Origin: Clostridium sp. CAG:288 | GTDB taxonomy: Bacteria; Bacillota_I; Bacilli_A; RFN20; CAG-288 | DNA: 64,000 nucleotides | Assembly (NCBI GenBank): GCA_000437395.1 | Contig: FR898166.1 | Location: forward strand, 58,724-122,723 | Direction: 5' to 3' | Shown here: positions 58,199 to 64,000 of the stretch, piece by piece | Layout of the letters: each line of letters opens with the position of its first letter | Numbering within the stretch: the first letter of the stretch is position 1 | The notes under the pieces: generated by a model | Told to the model about the DNA's origin: nothing | What the model saw: only the letters and a program-made list of their open reading frames with translations | The model's database searches: none | Translations under genes and position numbers: made by a program

Positions 58199-58844
58199 GA
58201 TTAAATTTTATCTTTCTATAGTTATAGCTATTTTGGTTTGGTTGTTGTTTTTATATGTAAATATAAGAAATTATATAAACATTTTTATTATTGTTATAGG
58301 AACTTTAAGTGTTGTTTTATTTTCTAGTTTGTATTATTCAGTTTTAAAATCATATTATGTTAGAACATGTTCTTTCGCTTTTGCGCGTTCTTTATTATTT
58401 AATTTAAAATGGGGCGCAAATTATAAAGAAAGTTTAGAAGCAAGTTGTGAAAAAATAAAAGGCATAAATATTAATATTTCATTAGAAGACACATCTCTTT
58501 CATTGGAGTTCAAGAAACTAAAGTTAGGTTATTTAAATTCGTTAATTACTACTATTATAGACAGCGCTAATAATGGTAAAAAGCTTTTTATAAGAAGTAT
58601 GTCAATCGATTATATTTTAAAAAAGGAAATAGATAAAAAAAACGAAATTGAGTTAAATTTATCAAATACTTTATCCGCGTTTTTACAAATTAACTGTATT
58701 AATTTGATTTTGTTTTTTATGTGCGTAATAAATCAAAGCTTTGAAATAATAATTTCAAATTCGATTATGTATATTTGGCTAATAATCATATTAAGTAACT
58801 TATGCTTCACATTAGTTTTAAATGGTATTAAAGGAGAAATATAA
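58179..58844 (+). CDS. polytopic membrane protein (two N-terminal TMs, helical cytoplasmic domain, C-terminal TMs)
   Basis: GAGGT RBS 5 nt before ATG 58179. Hydrophobic segments YLSIVIAILVWLLFLY, IFIIVIGTLSVVLFSSLYY and C-terminal INLILFFMCVI ... IWLIIILSNLCFTLVL. The topology resembles GspF/TadB-type platform proteins (inference). Confidence 0.5.
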   Translation: MELKKSKIKFYLSIVIAILVWLLFLYVNIRNYINIFIIVIGTLSVVLFSSLYYSVLKSYYVRTCSFAFARSLLFNLKWGANYKESLEASCEKIKGININISLEDTSLSLEFKKLKLGYLNSLITTIIDSANNGKKLFIRSMSIDYILKKEIDKKNEIELNLSNTLSAFLQINCINLILFFMCVINQSFEIIISNSIMYIWLIIILSNLCFTLVLNGIKGEI

Positions 58845-59458
58845 TGAAAAATAAGATTAAAATAGAAAAAGAAGAAAAGTATTATTTATTTATAATTTTA
58901 ATTGGGATAGTTTTAACTTTCTTAATTTATTATTTTTATCGTCAGTTTTATTTATCGTTAGTTCCATTACTTGTTTCACTTAGCGTTTCTTTTATTCTTT
59001 TTTATTTCAATAGTGAATTGAAGAAAAGAAAAGTAGAAAAAAAAGCTGAATCAATGCTAGGTTTTTATATGAGCATCAATCAACAGTTAACTTTAGGCAA
59101 TTCTTTTAAAGATAGCGCCATAAAAGCTATTAGCGAGATTGTTGATGAAAATTTAAAGAAAGATATACAAGAATATTTTAACGAGGAGAATGTTGGATCT
59201 GGTGTTTTAGATATTTCAATCTTAAATACTGATACAGAAAAAGAGTTATGTAGCTTGTTTTTATATGGAATAACTCATCAAATAAACGCTGAATTTAAAG
59301 ATAATTTTTTTCAACTTTGTGATATGTATAAAGATGAAGTTAATATTAAAATTGGCAATAAAAAGAATTACGAAAAGTATATTGAGTATATAAGTGTATT
59401 TGTGACTTTGATAATTGCTATTTTATTAACTTATAAGCTTTTTAACTCATTATTATGA
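58844..59458 (+). CDS. polytopic membrane protein, same architecture as the upstream gene
   Basis: AAAGGAGA RBS. TAATG overlap with the upstream stop. TMs YLFIILIGIVLTFLIYYF, LVPLLVSLSVSFILFYF and C-terminal ISVFVTLIIAILLTY. The central helical domain has a GspF-like F...L..G.S...A pattern. Confidence 0.5.
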   Translation: MKNKIKIEKEEKYYLFIILIGIVLTFLIYYFYRQFYLSLVPLLVSLSVSFILFYFNSELKKRKVEKKAESMLGFYMSINQQLTLGNSFKDSAIKAISEIVDENLKKDIQEYFNEENVGSGVLDISILNTDTEKELCSLFLYGITHQINAEFKDNFFQLCDMYKDEVNIKIGNKKNYEKYIEYISVFVTLIIAILLTYKLFNSLL

Positions 59459-59778
59459 ATAAAAATTTATATATAAATCTAATAGTTTCTTTGATATTTA
59501 TTTTGATAATTTATGATTTTTATAGCTTATCAAAATATAAAGAATTATTGCAAAACTGTATGGAAGTAACAAACAAGTGTTTATTTGAAAATAAAAATCC
59601 TAATGAATACTTACCTACTAACACAAAGTATACGTGCAATACGAATTGTGAATACGAAAGTGGAAGAGTAGTAGAATATAAATTAAGTGTTAAATCTTCT
59701 TTTTTTATTAATCCTTTTCAAAAAGAGGTTAGTGAAACGTATTATTATTTTGTATCTGATGTAAAGTTTTACGAATGA
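59455..59778 (+). CDS. small membrane-anchored protein with a four-Cys extracytoplasmic domain
   Basis: ATGA overlap with the upstream stop. TM LYINLIVSLIFILIIY, then CMEVTNKC...YTCNTNCEY (4 Cys). Confidence 0.4.
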   Translation: MNKNLYINLIVSLIFILIIYDFYSLSKYKELLQNCMEVTNKCLFENKNPNEYLPTNTKYTCNTNCEYESGRVVEYKLSVKSSFFINPFQKEVSETYYYFVSDVKFYE

Positions 59779-59805
59779 TAATCATACCCTTTAAGGGTGA
59801 ACAAA

Positions 59806-60669
59806 ATGAAATATGAAGAACTGTATGGAGCAATTGTTACTCCAATGAAAGATGACAAAATTGATTTAAAAACTTTTGATAATATTTTATCTTTATATGA
59901 GAAAAATCGACATCAAGGAGTTATTGTTGCTGGTTCTACTGGTGAAGGGGAATCTTTGACAATTAATGAAAAATATGAACTATTGAAAGTAGCGTTAAAA
60001 CATAAAAATCTCGATGTAATTATGGCTGTAAAATCTGGTTCAACTAAAAGTGTTATTGATGAAATTAAAAGATATTGTACTTTAGACGTAAAAACTTTTT
60101 TGATAGTTGTTCCAGCATATTATAAAGCGCCTCAAGAAGGAATTTATTTTCACTTTGCAGAAATAGCTAATACTTATAACGATAAAAACATAATTGTTTA
60201 TAATATTCCATCAAGGACTGGAAGTAATATAAACTATGAAACAGTAGCTAGGTTAGTAAACGATTATAAAAACATAGTTGGAATTAAAGATTGCTCATTA
60301 AATTATGAGTATGTAGAAAAGCTATCTAAGATTACAACTGTTTATTGTGGATCTGATGATTGTGCATTAGATTACTTAAAATCAGGAGCAACGAAGTTTA
60401 TTTCAGTATGCAGCATTTTTTATTATGATACAATACATCAATTATATATGGAATATAATAGTGGTTTATATAACTACATAATGTACGGATATTTAAGATA
60501 TGTAACAAACTTATTATCTTTAAAAGTTAATCCAATTGGAATAAAAGAATTGTTTAAACTTAAAGGATACAAATCTATGGATTTAAGATTGCCTCTTGTG
60601 CCTTATGATGAAAAAGAAAGAGAAAGGTTAAAAAAGTTGATCCCTATAAGCGATATGGCAATTGATTAA
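59806..60669 (+). CDS. DapA family aldolase (dihydrodipicolinate synthase / N-acetylneuraminate lyase family)
   Basis: GSTGEGES (DapA GTTGE motif), YNIPSRTG, and the Schiff-base lysine context IVGIKDCS. AAGGGTG RBS before ATG 59806. Confidence 0.7.
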   Translation: MKYEELYGAIVTPMKDDKIDLKTFDNILSLYEKNRHQGVIVAGSTGEGESLTINEKYELLKVALKHKNLDVIMAVKSGSTKSVIDEIKRYCTLDVKTFLIVVPAYYKAPQEGIYFHFAEIANTYNDKNIIVYNIPSRTGSNINYETVARLVNDYKNIVGIKDCSLNYEYVEKLSKITTVYCGSDDCALDYLKSGATKFISVCSIFYYDTIHQLYMEYNSGLYNYIMYGYLRYVTNLLSLKVNPIGIKELFKLKGYKSMDLRLPLVPYDEKERERLKKLIPISDMAID

Positions 60670-60708
60670 ATTTGATGTAAATAGTAGAATTTGTTTGAGG
60701 TTTTATAA

Positions 60709-61524
60709 ATGAATTCTATCTCAGCTTGGAATATATTTTGTCAAAGTATGTTAGCAAATATTGATGGTGAAACCGATTATCCAGAATTAGATTATCAATT
60801 TGACCAATTTCTTTTTTGCTACAGCAATAATCAACGGTTGTATTTGGAAATGGCTCCAAGTTTAACTTTATATAAATTGGCTAATGGTTATGAAGATAAA
60901 GAGTTCTATGGAAAATTCTTAAATGAAATTGAAGATATAGAAAGTCTCGGATTTATTTCAGCTAAAGTTGAGCTGATAATATCTTTCTATTGGAAACTTT
61001 ATGATCAAGAAGATTACGATATAGAAACATCAAATAGTACTAAATTAGATCAATCACTATTAGATAATTTAAATTGTACATTTGAACAATTTATCTCGTA
61101 TATTAGAGCTACACTAGAAAATAAAGACGTTAAGTTATCCGATAAACTTAAAGTTATTCAACTAATAAAAACGGTCGATGATTCAATGATTAACAGCAGT
61201 TCATATATAATTACTTACCCAAACGGTTCAAAAAGAGTTTATAGAACTGATGAGAATATTGATGATGAATTGATGGAATTTATAAATAAAATAGAAAACG
61301 ATTCTAATAATTTTAAAATTTTAACCAGTTTAGAAATATTTTTAAATAATCTTAAAGACGTTTATTTTAAAGAATATGTAAATATTAATAATTTAGATAC
61401 AAAAGAATTTTTAAAGTGGTTTGATTTCTTTTATAAAAACTATCAAGTTAACTATCTTAAATTGCTAGAATTATCCAAGAATAACATACATATAAATTTT
61501 TTATTAGCGTATAATTGCTTTTAA
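60709..61524 (+). CDS. hypothetical cytoplasmic protein
   Basis: 271 aa, AT-rich, no recognisable motif. Confidence 0.45.
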   Translation: MNSISAWNIFCQSMLANIDGETDYPELDYQFDQFLFCYSNNQRLYLEMAPSLTLYKLANGYEDKEFYGKFLNEIEDIESLGFISAKVELIISFYWKLYDQEDYDIETSNSTKLDQSLLDNLNCTFEQFISYIRATLENKDVKLSDKLKVIQLIKTVDDSMINSSSYIITYPNGSKRVYRTDENIDDELMEFINKIENDSNNFKILTSLEIFLNNLKDVYFKEYVNINNLDTKEFLKWFDFFYKNYQVNYLKLLELSKNNIHINFLLAYNCF

Positions 61525-61674
61525 AATGTTAAAAATAGTGTCGAAACACGATTTTTGTTAGCAATCTATTGACATAAAAGGCTAGTTGTTAAATACAAAT
61601 ACTCGTTTTGTTTGATTTTACAATATCGCTAGTATTATAATATTTTAGCGTGTTTATGGAGGTTTAAAAACATC

Positions 61675-62970
61675 GTGGAAAAGATATTTAAAAATAACAA
61701 AGACGGAAGCTTATTAGTTTCAGTCGCTTACGCTCAAGCAGACTACGCACCAGTAGTTAACAAAGTAATTGAACACTTGGCTCAAAACGTTACAATCAAG
61801 GGCTTTAGAAAAGGCAAAGCTCCACTTGATAGAGCAAGACCATATATCAAGAACGAAGACATATATGATGGAATGGTTAGAAAATTAATCGATCGTGATT
61901 TCCCAGGCTTACTCGAAGAATATGAAGATAAGAAGGAAGTTGCTAACATTCAACCATCATTAGAAATTGCAGTTGATGATAAGACTGGTGTCTATACTTT
62001 CAACTACACATTTACATATTTACCAAAGGCTGAATTAGGCCAATATAAAGGCTTAGGCATTAAAGAAGATGTTCAACCAGTCTCTGATGAAGAAGTTGAT
62101 GCTAAGTTAGAAGCCTTACGTAAAGATCAAGCTGAACTTGTTCCAAGTGAAGGTGAAAGCAAACTTACAGATACAGTCAATATTGATTTCACAGGCTTTA
62201 TCGATAACAAACCATTTGATGGTGGCAGTGCAAAGAACTATGACTTAGTTTTAGGATCCAATTCATTCATTCCAGGCTTTGAAGATGAACTCGTTGGCCT
62301 CAAAGAAGGAAGTCACAAGAGCTTTAACATTACATTCCCTGAGAACTATGTTGCAAGTTTAGCTGGAAAACAAGCTAGATTTGATGTCACAGTCAATTCA
62401 GTTAAATCACAAGTCTTACCAGAACTTGATGACGAATTTGCTAAAGGCGTCGAAAAATATGAAGTCGAAACTCTCGCTGATTTAAGAGCAAAAGTTACAG
62501 AAGAACTTACATCTTCTCATGCCACACAAGCTAAGAACGCTAAACTTTTAGCTGTTGTAGATTCAATTGCTGCAAATTCAAAATTTGTCATTTCTGACAA
62601 GTACATTGAAGTTACAGCTAATAACATCAACGATCAAAAGCTTAATCAAATCAAACAATATGGTTTAGGAAAGAAAGAATATCTTGAACTTGTTGGTATG
62701 ACAGAAGAACAATTTGATGCTGATGCTAAGACACAAGCTCAAACAGAAGGAAAGAACTTTGCTGTTTATAGAGCTGTTATTGCCGCAGAAAACTTAGAAG
62801 TTTCAGACGATGAAATTGCTAATGTTTTCGGTGGAAAAGAAAAATATGATGAATTTGTTGCAAAGGCTAAAGAAGGTTCTTCAGCTGGCCAATTAACAAA
62901 TTATATCGCACAAATCAGATCCAACTTACTTAACCGTAAAGTCGAAGAATTCCTTTTAGCTAATAACTAA
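61675..62970 (+). CDS. tig: trigger factor (ribosome-associated PPIase chaperone)
   Basis: N-terminal ribosome-binding motif GFRKGKAP. FKBP-type PPIase core (FTGFIDNKPFDGGSAKNYDLVLGSNSFIPGFEDELVGLKEG). 431 aa. GTG start with a GGAGG RBS. Confidence 0.9.
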   Translation: MEKIFKNNKDGSLLVSVAYAQADYAPVVNKVIEHLAQNVTIKGFRKGKAPLDRARPYIKNEDIYDGMVRKLIDRDFPGLLEEYEDKKEVANIQPSLEIAVDDKTGVYTFNYTFTYLPKAELGQYKGLGIKEDVQPVSDEEVDAKLEALRKDQAELVPSEGESKLTDTVNIDFTGFIDNKPFDGGSAKNYDLVLGSNSFIPGFEDELVGLKEGSHKSFNITFPENYVASLAGKQARFDVTVNSVKSQVLPELDDEFAKGVEKYEVETLADLRAKVTEELTSSHATQAKNAKLLAVVDSIAANSKFVISDKYIEVTANNINDQKLNQIKQYGLGKKEYLELVGMTEEQFDADAKTQAQTEGKNFAVYRAVIAAENLEVSDDEIANVFGGKEKYDEFVAKAKEGSSAGQLTNYIAQIRSNLLNRKVEEFLLANN

Positions 62971-63000
62971 TTAGTATAAAAAGAAGAAAGGAGGTTAAAG

Positions 63001-64000
63001 ATGGCTGATAATAATAAAGTTTTACTACCAGTATTTCCAAACGCTAGAAGCGTTGCTTTACCATCTTTAAAAATGTCAATCTCAGTCGTAAATGAATACG
63101 GAAAGAGATTGTTTGATTCTCTCAAAGAAGGAGACTATTTCTTCTTTGTCAGATCGTTCAACGACGACGCATTTGTCGATGTTGAAAATATTAAATTACC
63201 TGCAACTAAAAAGACAGGTACAATTTGCAAATTAATTAGTATCGTTAAAAACGACGTTAGTTACACTGTCGAGTTTATTGGCGATGATACAGCTGATTTA
63301 GTTGATATTGAAATCGATAAAGACAATAAAATTGTTCGTGCTGAATTAGCTCCTCACGACAATGCTCCACGCGAAGCATATGAAATATATGCTAGACTTG
63401 GTAAATTACAAGCAAAGTATGATGCTTTAAAATCTAAATATCCTACTTTACCTGAATTACCAGATTTAACTGATGTCGCTCCAGAGAACATTCCATATCA
63501 ATTAGCTGCTTTCTTCAATTCAAGTTTTGATGTAAGACAATTAATGATCGAATACACAGATGTAATCGATAAAATGAAATTATGTCTAAACGAAATTGAA
63601 AAATTAGATATTGATGGAAAAATTGAGTTCGAACTCGATAGAGCTGTTTCAACTGCTATGGACAAAAATCAAAGAGAGTATGTCCTTAGAGAAAAGATGA
63701 AAGCAGTCAAGGGAATGCTCAAAGAATTCGATGGCGATGATCAAGATGCAGTCTATGAAAAAGCTTTAAACGAAAATAAAGATTTATATCCTGAAAACAT
63801 TCAACAAAAGATTAAAGTTGAAATGAACCGTTTAAAGACTATGCCTGCTGCTTCTCAAGAAGCTTCAGTTGTTAGAACATATCTTGATTTATTAGTCGAA
63901 ATGCCATGGAGAGTTTCATCACAAGATAATGAAGATTTAAATAATGTTCAAAAGATCTTAGATGAAGACCATTATGGCTTAGTTAAACAAAAAGAACGTA
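63001..64000 (+). CDS. lon: Lon protease, N-terminal part (gene runs off the window end)
   Basis: The frame is open from ATG 63001 to the window end. It shows Lon N-terminal domain features and sits immediately downstream of tig, as in many low-GC Gram-positives. GGAGG RBS. Confidence 0.85.
   Translation, partial: MADNNKVLLPVFPNARSVALPSLKMSISVVNEYGKRLFDSLKEGDYFFFVRSFNDDAFVDVENIKLPATKKTGTICKLISIVKNDVSYTVEFIGDDTADLVDIEIDKDNKIVRAELAPHDNAPREAYEIYARLGKLQAKYDALKSKYPTLPELPDLTDVAPENIPYQLAAFFNSSFDVRQLMIEYTDVIDKMKLCLNEIEKLDIDGKIEFELDRAVSTAMDKNQREYVLREKMKAVKGMLKEFDGDDQDAVYEKALNENKDLYPENIQQKIKVEMNRLKTMPAASQEASVVRTYLDLLVEMPWRVSSQDNEDLNNVQKILDEDHYGLVKQKER

Noticed and set aside
56600-61600. Mobile element or prophage call for the AT-rich block
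   Set aside because: No integrase, transposase, direct-repeat attachment sites or tRNA flank were seen. The low GC is suggestive of horizontal origin, but several clearly native genes here, such as addAB, are similarly AT-rich. It is left as an unclassified island-like operon.

Overview
This 64 kb window is a low-GC (about 25-40% GC) chromosomal segment from a Firmicutes-type bacterium using the standard genetic code, where TGA is a stop. The gene content suggests an Erysipelotrichia or Mollicutes-related organism, but that is inference only.

Called genes, in order along the window:
- The 3' part of a glycogen/maltodextrin phosphorylase.
- An all-alpha NTP pyrophosphohydrolase resembling a dimeric dUTPase.
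- An M42 aminopeptidase.
- An ABC-2 type exporter translationally coupled to a 703-aa surface protein with Ig-like and beta-helix domains.
- A complete type IV pilus or competence-pilus locus at 8.6-15.3 kb: major pilin, minor pilins, a PilM-like domain fused to a pseudopilin, an A24 prepilin peptidase, PilC and PilB.
- Flavodoxin-like and flavin-reductase-like genes.
- An 893-aa Ser-rich lipoprotein.
- A compact addB-addA-glyA operon.
- Three tandem Ser/Thr-linker surface lipoproteins. Two are beta-helix hydrolase paralogues, and one of those carries discoidin (F5/8 type C) domains.
- A decayed maltose-O-acetyltransferase pseudogene.
- A YesN/YesM-type two-component system, with an orphan sensor-like membrane protein on the opposite strand.
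- A sugar utilisation locus: ABC transporter, two GH65 phosphorylases, a beta-phosphoglucomutase fused to the ABC ATPase, and a C69 dipeptidase.
- On the minus strand, a NitT/TauT-type ABC importer, mgtE and a small FeoA-like gene.
- The conserved but uncharacterised NifU-like + GGGtGRT gene pair.
- tig and the start of lon at the right-hand end.

The most unusual stretch is a very AT-rich (about 21% GC), tightly overlapping six-gene operon at 56.8-59.8 kb. It encodes a small sigma-70-region-4 or ArpU-like regulator, a secreted protein, four small membrane proteins and a Cys-containing membrane-anchored peptide. Two of the membrane proteins have a topology reminiscent of secretion-platform proteins. 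This is followed by a DapA-family lyase and a hypothetical protein.

No transposases, integrases, CRISPR arrays, tRNAs or rRNAs were recognised by eye.
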